Made by a program: the position numbers and the translations under genes. A stretch of 64,000 nt of DNA from an uncultured virus (IMG/VR IMGVR_UViG_3300034102_001587). Taxonomy: Duplodnaviria; Heunggongvirae; Uroviricota; Caudoviricetes. The stretch lies in the IMG/VR virus record IMGVR_UViG_3300034102_001587, positions 1-64,000 of that record. The stretch is one strand, 5' to 3'. This document shows positions 38,301 to 45,025 of this stretch, piece by piece. Within the stretch, counting starts at the first letter, position 1, and each line of letters starts with the position of its first letter. The notes beneath the pieces were generated by a model that worked only from the letters and a program-made list of their open reading frames with translations, was not told where the DNA came from and ran no database searches.

Positions 38301-40500
38301 TACTGGACCTGGTGTGGTTTATAGGGGTGAATATAATGCAGCAACTGCATACATTTTTTCAGCAGGTGTTCGTAGAGATATTGTAAAATATAATAACGCA
38401 TATTATTTAACAAAACAAAATACAACGGGTAATCTTCCAACTAATACAACATATTGGGAATCTTTTGGTGCACAATTTAGTTCAGTAGCAACTGATATTT
38501 TACTTGCTCAAGACGCAACTATTACGAGAGCTTTAGTTATGGGTGTTGAGACAAGTGGAACGGGTAGTGGAATTATACGTTCTGCTACAGCAGCAACGTT
38601 TAATAGTGGTTCTGGATTTTATATGGATAGTAGTGGTAGAGTAAGATTTGGTAATCCAATTGGTAGCCAAATTAAATTTGAAGAAAATAATTTCTCTATT
38701 ACAGGTTCTATTTCAGCTACCGATGGTAGAATTGGAAATTGGATTATTGAATCACAAGCATTGGGTGGAAACTTACGAGATTCCGGTTCAAAACTTATTT
38801 TAAACCCTACTGTACCTGAACTTGGATTTTATTTAGCGGGTGAAAAAAAATTAAACATATCTCCTGTAAACTATTTGACAAATGTTGGTGGTTCAAACGT
38901 AAGTGTAAGTGATATACCAAATGGAAATGGTTCACCATATCCGGATTGGACAACACCAGCTGATGTATCGGCATTTGGAACATTTGCTACGCAATATGGG
39001 CCGTATTCATATGCAGATGTTTCTAATTTTGAAACTGCAACAAATTATTCAATACCTGCTGCAGGTACTTATGCACTAACTAATCTTTATACATTTAGTG
39101 TTTTACAAATTGATAATTTATCATCACAAACCATTTATGCAAACGCAAATAATCCAAATAATCCTGGAACGTATCCTGGGGAAAGTCAAAATGGATATGC
39201 AAGTCCTAAGTTTGTTGGCGCTGATGTGTATTTAGAAGGTGTCAACCAATCTACGGGTCAAATAGCTAGAGTTTGGATACAAAATGTATCATCTTATAGC
39301 GCAACCAGTGTTGATAATTGGGAGTGGAATGGTTCAAGTTGGATTTATAGTAATTATACAACACCGGGCGTTCATACCGGATACACAACCGGCGGATTTA
39401 CAGCAATTACTGATAGATTTATTACTTTCCCTTCTGCTGGAAATTACAAATTTAGATATTCAATTCAAATATCCGCAAGAGCTGGAAGTTCAGTATCTGT
39501 AGATAGTTTTGGTACAGAGTTACCTGAAGTATTTTATGGACATACTTCTGGTATTAATACTGCTGTAACTGATAATGGAATTGGTTATAATTCTAATAGT
39601 TTTACTATTATAATACCAACAAACATAGTAGAAGTTACAACTGGAGGTATTCAGATAGCAAATGATACATCAACGTTTGTTCAAATTCCACGTCTTTCTA
39701 CATCAGTTGGTTCGAGTGATATAATTTTTGAAGCAAAAGGAGCTCAATCTAAATTTTGGGCATTTGGTGCCGCTGGTGGTGCATTTTCGAACTATGCAAT
39801 AGATTCACGTGGAAGCCTTTATTTAGCAGGAAATATATTCATTTCTGGAAATGATGCAAGTCCGGGCTATGGAAGATTGGATTTAGCGTATAGACCAAAA
39901 TACGGAAGTATATATCAAGCGCATTTTATAGATGATGTACACCCCGCCGATACACGCTGGGGAACTGCTGGTGGACCACATAATGGAACTCAAGATATGG
40001 GTAGTAACTCGGGTACTGGAGTTTTTTGGGATGAAATATATGCCGATAATTTTAATAATTTATCTGATTTAAAATTAAAAGAAAATATTTACACTTCCGA
40101 TTTAGGTTTGGATTTTATTAAACAATTAAGACCGGTAAAATATAATTTCATATCAAGTACTAAAAAAAGACCGAGATATGGATTTATTGCACAAGAGGTA
40201 TTAACTGCTTTAGAATCGCTTGGAAAAACATCTGATGATTTTAAAGGATTGAATACGGGTTCTTCTTTTATCAAATCATTAGAAAGAGAATATAAAAGAC
40301 CTATTGAAGAAATTATAGCAAGTGGTTCTATAACAGGTTCTGATGGTACTCTTTACAATCAACAATGGTATGATGAAGAACAACAAAATGCTGGATGGTC
40401 TGTTACATACAATGAATTTATATCACCTATGGTAAAAGCAATACAAGAACTTTCACAAAAAGTTTCTAGTTTAGAAGCATTTATAAGTGGTTCTTTATAA
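32386..40500 (+). CDS. Giant tail fibre/receptor-binding protein with C-terminal intramolecular chaperone (peptidase S74)
   Basis: 2704 aa, beta-rich repeats, CBM5/12-like modules (GAWADATVYYTNDIVTYGG); C-terminal SDLKLKENI..LRPVKY..GFIAQEV..YNEFISPMVKAIQEL. Confidence 0.85.
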   Translation: MARIKKYAEVLTQPLTSFQTFLVDTNPNSTYFRITEFKDTFTGGKNGFLIEGSQHLKESTEIKIQILDVNGDPIYYEPGNGVPEYYEGVSKLVAVYVYEDTPIGEAKITVLGELKTYLDEGGVVRDVPDEWKSVYNVKWEKTFKVNKLISNEDKVRFYRRPEVTINEIVKPIFSNIVRQVTQTGFINGIPQIPAEGESVSGYTLPTSYLLTTLNDSFWTGSVTNNYITLTNKGVSLLADDVVSDRDLTVSTPYNENGIVKTLIAEPYSVTFNYIEGNDNLKTALTGSFAKINITDLTTFVGDCARVKIYRRSQSDLSDYQFVQEIQLESNELLKDLESNSKNEEYYGSFDQFNYKNYWITSSNNLVTSFNQNFLYNSVKLNSLISGERFATTKSLDVRENTEYTLTFNTRKDAVGSANHYIKAYLSGSRLSTYNNVTSTIQIEQPIVTITSDSSVLQKSNVVANFKAEDINNTRLYFETEGSDWYISDVSLRASQETSFSPDEITFIQPIPRTLPRETFDFRFQFYDINNNYIPVLVEETKTFDGGNLNVINKDLQLVPSSLYFQFDSGSGNGNPLPPTTVYIDVIKNYLTGSVNFTSRSFDFANNELFNTDYVGVGSQYPGLLLDRNLDTVRLTVENFTGSRADKLVQYIEFTGECEGVTDSIIITRVLDGKGGVNHFIRPYRGTQIRNSSTASLEIQAVRIDGINEINLYSGAQDGWGNIQLHVLSASLNPATEPEKFIPLSLASSSKYIRGIITGSLGSKEINYNAVFDRDSIDFRRIIYLMPSSSAAASPAYAVSGSVLASIILEDLQDGLDTPSIVFNADTFAINPRNEINFRPSFAFATASFFERGTTNAITASFRVFPSMSINKDYVPEYWFYYTTQSADKTISVIARDENKNVIDSLPLNSYIGQSNKQSKNLTITFTYTEPWTSASISLDKTFTIIPEGKPGDETIIFEVTPALVSLNATAEGFVNSYSSSVTQIRLKQGSRYLNFTASKGEGTFFIVSGSITGSNIIPGKIINPIPPGFNANYTGSLFIGAASGMNNLSGSVTYNLEIQPFYTSSIYTGSVVQQFTKILDGTPQLEVSLTPESVVLNADENGVVSNYASSNTTLRIKEGNKYLLYNSWSYQPGTFYVDNFEQTNVFTASLTASFNGDRALIRFHNFNQGPRTGSVTYNIIAYPYSLGPGHQYTSSVINKVQNFTKLLDGADSRGVTLSATSNFVSFDSDGVVVSPAGDIELTATVTNFTGSAYYQFLKDNVAYTPIQASNIATIASGDSVAPGETALWVVQVRDGNISSTQPITAQASLTLTGLQQGVPSYNATLTNDNVSIIYRVSGEVELGGTGTTINATKGITQLTHANPFGPQTLDIFSNEIGSLGEYQVTIHSKSAYLGLAGGLVSQSVLPIVAGRAVIGDLVSWTTADSNPIGSVVYRIDFENGKGVAFKTQSFSVQFEGETGPGIVMRGQYSEYEDYIGSYETVNYRRDAIIWPDPSGSNNTTHYFAALSGSGPTTYVNPTTSDYYVGATPPGGYVLIGHQYPPAVGNSNDYWQYLGEQDFFVAAKIAIFEESYVKNSINVGTYNNTSKFANIVIAGGRPDPYISIGQHGTVGTAGTSGTTYNPSTSGASGTSGTGIIGFNRPGIFLGMYEDGVNGTTGRFSIKEYGGSGKGLFWDGGTLTIVGSIKQSSPGVNEGRLMGAWADATVYYTNDIVTYGGNTWTANSNHTSTNNTNVGTGYPGSGPWTIAPIAAKLLRLEASAQVFVETKSGSLSPNYIELTSNKQNISATTNWTTTPSVTLFDSATGGSTTTSGNIVYLRTGSFGTNTLVEISATADSITDTVSIARVKEGSDALTVIVTNESHTLPAANDGTVSSYAGSGTDIYIYEGATQLDYDGVGTSPGKWAVSSSVTNITAGSVTDGGNYAVVGNHSNMTADLASINYTLSGKKINGDLFSLSRVQSFSKSKQGAAGAAGDTGPGVVYRGEYNAATAYIFSAGVRRDIVKYNNAYYLTKQNTTGNLPTNTTYWESFGAQFSSVATDILLAQDATITRALVMGVETSGTGSGIIRSATAATFNSGSGFYMDSSGRVRFGNPIGSQIKFEENNFSITGSISATDGRIGNWIIESQALGGNLRDSGSKLILNPTVPELGFYLAGEKKLNISPVNYLTNVGGSNVSVSDIPNGNGSPYPDWTTPADVSAFGTFATQYGPYSYADVSNFETATNYSIPAAGTYALTNLYTFSVLQIDNLSSQTIYANANNPNNPGTYPGESQNGYASPKFVGADVYLEGVNQSTGQIARVWIQNVSSYSATSVDNWEWNGSSWIYSNYTTPGVHTGYTTGGFTAITDRFITFPSAGNYKFRYSIQISARAGSSVSVDSFGTELPEVFYGHTSGINTAVTDNGIGYNSNSFTIIIPTNIVEVTTGGIQIANDTSTFVQIPRLSTSVGSSDIIFEAKGAQSKFWAFGAAGGAFSNYAIDSRGSLYLAGNIFISGNDASPGYGRLDLAYRPKYGSIYQAHFIDDVHPADTRWGTAGGPHNGTQDMGSNSGTGVFWDEIYADNFNNLSDLKLKENIYTSDLGLDFIKQLRPVKYNFISSTKKRPRYGFIAQEVLTALESLGKTSDDFKGLNTGSSFIKSLEREYKRPIEEIIASGSITGSDGTLYNQQWYDEEQQNAGWSVTYNEFISPMVKAIQELSQKVSSLEAFISGSL

Positions 40501-40528
40501 ATTTAAAATATATTTAAAATAAAAACAT

Positions 40529-40786
40529 ATGGAGTTACAAACTGAAAAATTAGAAGAATATCAACTAATTAACTTAAAAAACCTTTCAACCAAAAAAACC
40601 GAACTTATATATAATATAGGGGAGTTGTATTTAGAATTATCAGAGCTTAAAAAAATCATATTGGGAGCGGAAACTGAATATAAGCAAGTTTCCGTTGAAT
40701 TGGATACTTTATTAAATGATTTGAATCAAAAATATCCAAATGGAGAAATAGACCTGAATGAAGGTAGTGTAACGTTTCAAAAATAA
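40529..40786 (+). CDS. Small coiled-coil protein, paralog of 44581..44985
   Basis: IGELYL...KYPNGEIDLNEG. Confidence 0.65.
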   Translation: MELQTEKLEEYQLINLKNLSTKKTELIYNIGELYLELSELKKIILGAETEYKQVSVELDTLLNDLNQKYPNGEIDLNEGSVTFQK

Positions 40787-40818
40787 TTTGGAAATTCCAA
40801 AAAAAAATCGTATATTTG
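40787..40818 (+). promoter_or_regulatory. Bacteroidota primary-sigma promoter
   Basis: TTTG 40787-40790, 20-nt spacer, TATATTTG 40811-40818; upstream of the glycosyltransferase cassette. Confidence 0.8.
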
Positions 40819-40828
40819 TAAATAAGTT

Positions 40829-43009
40829 ATGAAAAATAGAAAAAAGTTACTTTATGTATGTCCACACCTTTCAACAGGCGGACAACCACAATATACATAT
40901 AAGCAAGTAAAGCATTTTTTAAATGATTTTAATATTGAAGTTGTTGAAATAAACAATAGTGGTGGTGATGCGTTTGTAGTTCAAAAAAATAGAATTAAAT
41001 CTTTAGCTATTGTACATACTTTAGGTGAGGATAAATCTAAAATACTTGATATAATTAAAGACTACAAACCTGATATAATTCATTTTCAAGAAATCCCACA
41101 ATTTGATTTATCAAATGAAATATTAGATAAAATATTTGATAACAAAAGAAAATATTTTATCGTAGCAACAACACATGGTTCATTTACAAATCCATTAGAT
41201 ATTACACATCATCCAGATAGATATGTTTTGGTATCTGAGTGGAGTAAACAAAAATTTGATGATGCTAATTTAGGAGTTGAAACTCAACTTTGGGAATATC
41301 CCATTGAAGAATATAATTTTGATAAAGAAGAAGCGCAAAAAAAATTAGGATTTGACCCAACTTGGAAGCATATTTTAAATGTTGGATTATTTTCACCGGG
41401 CAAAAATCAAAAAGAAATATTTTCAGTAGCAAGGCAATTGGAAAAATATAAAATTAAATTTCATTTTGTTGGAAACCAAGCTATGAACTTTGAAAATTAC
41501 TGGTTGCCACTAATGAAACATAAACCTGATAATTGTGTTATATGGGGAGAGCGAAATGATGTTGATACATTTTATGCAGCATCTGATTTGTTTTATTTTT
41601 CATCAATATTAGAGTTAAATCCATTATCGGTAAAGGAAGCTCTTTCTTACAAGCTCCCATGCTTATTTAGAAGATTGCATACTTTTTTGGATACATATGA
41701 TAACAATAATTTAGTAACATATATTGATGATGATACTAAAAAAACAAAACAATTATTACTTCAAAAATTAAAACCTGAATTTTACGAAATACCTGGTTGG
41801 TTTTCATATGAAAATTTATATGATAGAATGGTAGAAACTGCACCTTTTAATTCTACATTTGTTGAGGTTGGTTCTTGGTTTGGAAAATCTACAAATTATT
41901 TAGCAAAAAAAATTAGAGATTCTAAAAAGAATATTTCATTTACAACAATAGATACATTTAAAGGAACTGGAGATGAAGAATTACACATAGATATTGTAGG
42001 GTCTTTCAATGGAGATATATTTTATGAATTCGTTGATAACACAGTTATTTCAAATAATTATGAAGCGTTTAATACTATAAAAGATACATCAGAAAATGCT
42101 TCTAAACTATTTCAAAATAATTCTATTGATTATATAATGATTGATGGTGGGCATAGTAGAGATTTTGTATTAGGTGAGTTAGATAGATGGTATCATAAAG
42201 TAAAACCTGGTGGAATTATTAGTGGAGATGATTTTGGAGTTTTTAGTGGAGTAACAGATGCAGCTAATCACTTTTTTTATGGACAGATTCAAAAAGATTT
42301 TTTATCTTTTGTTCGTAAAAAACCACGTATTCAAATAAAACATATGTTGACAAGACCGGATGATATGCGTGAAAGAGTATCTATTCAATCTTTAAAACAA
42401 TTACGTCAATATGGAATTGATTATCAACCAATTGTTAATAAGGTTTATGAAGGGTTACCGCCGGCAGAACATTGTAGAAGACCTGAGCATTTAAGTAAAG
42501 ATAATAAACCTGGTGAATTATATCCTGGTGCTGGTTTGGGTTGGATAACTGGTAGACATTATGGTTGTTATTTAGCACATAGAAACGCTATAGAAACAAT
42601 AGATGATACGAATTACGATTATACTTTAATATTTGAAGCCGATGCATTTATTTACACAGGGTTAGAAGAATTTGTAAACATAGTTCATAAAGCCTGTTTT
42701 ATTTCAGAAAGAGATGATGTATATTTTATAGGATTGGCAGATAACCCATCACGAGAAAAATATAGAATTGATGATTTGTTTACAAAAACAGGACACAATC
42801 AAGACCTTGCACACGCTTATTTAATTCCAAATAGAAACAAAAGCTGGTGGATGGATAGAATAAAAGATTGTGAATGGGATGTGGGCGACCTTTGGTTTAA
42901 TCATATATTTTATCACCATCCAAAACCTAGATATACTACTAATAAAATGTACTCCAAACAAGCAGAAGGATATTCTTTATTGGATGAAACTATAAAAACT
43001 TGGGATTAA
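40829..43009 (+). CDS. Three-domain fusion: GT4 glycosyltransferase, class I SAM methyltransferase and GT25-like glycosyltransferase
   Basis: PHLSTGG, NVGLFSPGKNQ and EX7E (ELNPLSVKE); VEVGSWFGKS, IDGGH, KPGGIISGDD; GCYLAH and LIFEAD. Confidence 0.8.
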   Translation: MKNRKKLLYVCPHLSTGGQPQYTYKQVKHFLNDFNIEVVEINNSGGDAFVVQKNRIKSLAIVHTLGEDKSKILDIIKDYKPDIIHFQEIPQFDLSNEILDKIFDNKRKYFIVATTHGSFTNPLDITHHPDRYVLVSEWSKQKFDDANLGVETQLWEYPIEEYNFDKEEAQKKLGFDPTWKHILNVGLFSPGKNQKEIFSVARQLEKYKIKFHFVGNQAMNFENYWLPLMKHKPDNCVIWGERNDVDTFYAASDLFYFSSILELNPLSVKEALSYKLPCLFRRLHTFLDTYDNNNLVTYIDDDTKKTKQLLLQKLKPEFYEIPGWFSYENLYDRMVETAPFNSTFVEVGSWFGKSTNYLAKKIRDSKKNISFTTIDTFKGTGDEELHIDIVGSFNGDIFYEFVDNTVISNNYEAFNTIKDTSENASKLFQNNSIDYIMIDGGHSRDFVLGELDRWYHKVKPGGIISGDDFGVFSGVTDAANHFFYGQIQKDFLSFVRKKPRIQIKHMLTRPDDMRERVSIQSLKQLRQYGIDYQPIVNKVYEGLPPAEHCRRPEHLSKDNKPGELYPGAGLGWITGRHYGCYLAHRNAIETIDDTNYDYTLIFEADAFIYTGLEEFVNIVHKACFISERDDVYFIGLADNPSREKYRIDDLFTKTGHNQDLAHAYLIPNRNKSWWMDRIKDCEWDVGDLWFNHIFYHHPKPRYTTNKMYSKQAEGYSLLDETIKTWD

Positions 43010-44157
43010 TGATTTACGATAATTTAAAAAAGAATCACAATAATATTGTTGAAATAAAAAACAAAGTATTAATTCATTTTGTTAAAGGACCTTTTGTTGA
43101 AATAAAAGGACCAAAAAAAGCAAAATATAAAATTAATTTTATTGATAATAATTCTGATAAAATTGTATTTTCTTCTGAAATAGAAAACAATATGTGGTCT
43201 AGATGTAGTATAGAATATTTTATTGATTGGCGTATAGAAATATATGAAAACGATAATCATTTCCATACACATTATTTTAATGCAGAAGAAAAAAGAGTTT
43301 ATATAGCATTAGATTCAAAAGCTCTTGGGGATTCTTTAGCTTGGTTTGCTTATGTAGAGGAATTCAGAAAAAAACATAAATGTAAAGTTGTTGTTTCAAC
43401 TTTTATGAATGATATGTTTGAAAATGGGTATCCACATATTGAATTCGTACAGCCGGGTACAAATGTTGAAAATTTATACGCTATGTATTGTGTTGGGTTA
43501 TTTTATAATGAAGATAATTCACATAACATTTTTAAAAATCCAAATGACCCAAAAAGTTCAACTTTACAAAAAATGTGTTCTGATATATTAGGATTAGAAT
43601 ATGAAGAAATTAAACCTAAAATAAAAGAAAGATACATAACAAAAGATTATAATTTAAAACAAGTTTGTATTGGTATGTTTGGTACTGCACAATCTAAGTT
43701 TTGGAATAATCCAACAGGTTGGCAAGAAGTTGTTGATTGGTTAAACGAAAGAGGGTATGTTGTTAGAATTATATCCAAAGAAGGTGATGATTATATGGGA
43801 AATAAAATTCCAAATGGAGTTATCAAACACCCCGATGGTCCAATTGAATTAGTTATGGATGAATTATTAAAATCAAAAGCATTTATTGGAATTGGTAGTG
43901 GGTTAAGTTGGTTAAGTTGGGCATTAGATGTACCTACAGTCTTAATTAGTGGTTTTTCTTATAAATGGGCAGAAATGAAAGATTGTGTTAGAATAGGTTC
44001 TCCGGAAGGGAAATGTGAAGGATGTTTCAATAGAATACGTTTAGATGCTGGTGATTGGAATTGGTGCCCAGACCACAAAGGTACTGAAAGACAATTTGAA
44101 TGTACTAAATTAATTACATCTGATATGGTAATTAAAGAATTAGAGAAATTCTTATAA
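43009..44157 (+). CDS. TibC/Aah-like protein O-heptosyltransferase (GT-B fold)
   Basis: Short N-terminal beta domain (EYFIDWRIEI), SKALGDSLAW, KFWNNP.GW, FIGIGSGLSWLSWA..VPTVLISGF, four-Cys finger CEGC..WCP.H..FEC. True start is probably the ATG at 43009 (TAATG overlap). Confidence 0.8.
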   Translation: MIYDNLKKNHNNIVEIKNKVLIHFVKGPFVEIKGPKKAKYKINFIDNNSDKIVFSSEIENNMWSRCSIEYFIDWRIEIYENDNHFHTHYFNAEEKRVYIALDSKALGDSLAWFAYVEEFRKKHKCKVVVSTFMNDMFENGYPHIEFVQPGTNVENLYAMYCVGLFYNEDNSHNIFKNPNDPKSSTLQKMCSDILGLEYEEIKPKIKERYITKDYNLKQVCIGMFGTAQSKFWNNPTGWQEVVDWLNERGYVVRIISKEGDDYMGNKIPNGVIKHPDGPIELVMDELLKSKAFIGIGSGLSWLSWALDVPTVLISGFSYKWAEMKDCVRIGSPEGKCEGCFNRIRLDAGDWNWCPDHKGTERQFECTKLITSDMVIKELEKFL

Positions 44158-44546
44158 TGAAAAAAATTTGGATAAATGGAACTTTTGATGTTTTGCACAT
44201 TGGCCACATCAGACTTATGTTACATGGTGCATCATTGGGCACCTTACGAATGGGGATTGATACGGATGAAAGAGTTCGTTCAAAAAAAGGAGTGGGAAGG
44301 CCGTTCAATACGTTGGCTGACCGTATGGAGTTTCTATCCGCTATCAATGGTGTTGACTCTGTGGTCTCTTTTGATTCTGATGATGAATTAATCGAAAGAA
44401 TAAAAGAATGGGGACCTGATATTATGGTAATTGGAAACGATTATAGTTATGAACAAATAATAGGCGCAGAATTTGTACCAAAAATTGAATATTTCAACAA
44501 AATACCAGGCTTTAGTACATCTAAGATTTTAAAAAATAAAAAGTAA
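44157..44546 (+). CDS. Cytidylyltransferase-family adenylyltransferase, RfaE domain II/HldC-like (ADP-heptose synthesis)
   Basis: NGTFDVLHIGH, DTDERV..KG.GRPFN..DR, PDIMV.G.DY, GFSTSKI. Confidence 0.8.
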   Translation: MKKIWINGTFDVLHIGHIRLMLHGASLGTLRMGIDTDERVRSKKGVGRPFNTLADRMEFLSAINGVDSVVSFDSDDELIERIKEWGPDIMVIGNDYSYEQIIGAEFVPKIEYFNKIPGFSTSKILKNKK

Positions 44547-44547
44547 T

Positions 44548-44556
44548 ATACTTATA
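44548..44556 (+). promoter_or_regulatory. Putative late promoter variant ATACTTATA
   Basis: 24 nt before the ATG at 44581. Confidence 0.55.
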
Positions 44557-44580
44557 TATACAAACAAAAAAACATAAATT

Positions 44581-44985
44581 ATGTCATTAGATAACATTCC
44601 TACAAAAACAACAATTGAAATCGAAACAGTAAAACTTGATGAAGAAACTTTAAATTCAGTTAAAAACCTTAACACTATGTTGGGTAATTATGTAACTGAT
44701 TTTGGAAATCTTTATTTAAGAAGAAAAGATTTAATGGAAGAATCGAGAAAACTTGATGAAACTGTTATAAGAATTGAAGAAGAATTCAAACAAAAAAATG
44801 ATGAATTCAAAAAAATGATGGATGATTTGGATGATAGGTATCCTGGAGGACGTTTGAACCTTATGGAAGGAACTATCCAATATCAACCTGGAACTCTTTC
44901 AAGAAAACAAATTGCAGAAATGCAAAAACAACAATTAGCTCCACAAGCACCATCTGAAGGTGAAGTAAAAATTGATGGAAATTAA
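44581..44985 (+). CDS. Small coiled-coil protein, paralog of 40529..40786
   Basis: FGNLYL...RYPGGRLNLMEG. Confidence 0.65.
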   Translation: MSLDNIPTKTTIEIETVKLDEETLNSVKNLNTMLGNYVTDFGNLYLRRKDLMEESRKLDETVIRIEEEFKQKNDEFKKMMDDLDDRYPGGRLNLMEGTIQYQPGTLSRKQIAEMQKQQLAPQAPSEGEVKIDGN

Positions 44986-45001
44986 TAAATGTTAATCTTC
45001 A

Positions 45002-45010
45002 ATATTTATA
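45002..45010 (+). promoter_or_regulatory. Putative late promoter motif ATATTTATA
   Basis: 15 nt before the ATG at 45026. Confidence 0.65.
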
Positions 45011-45025
45011 TAGTATAATAACTAT

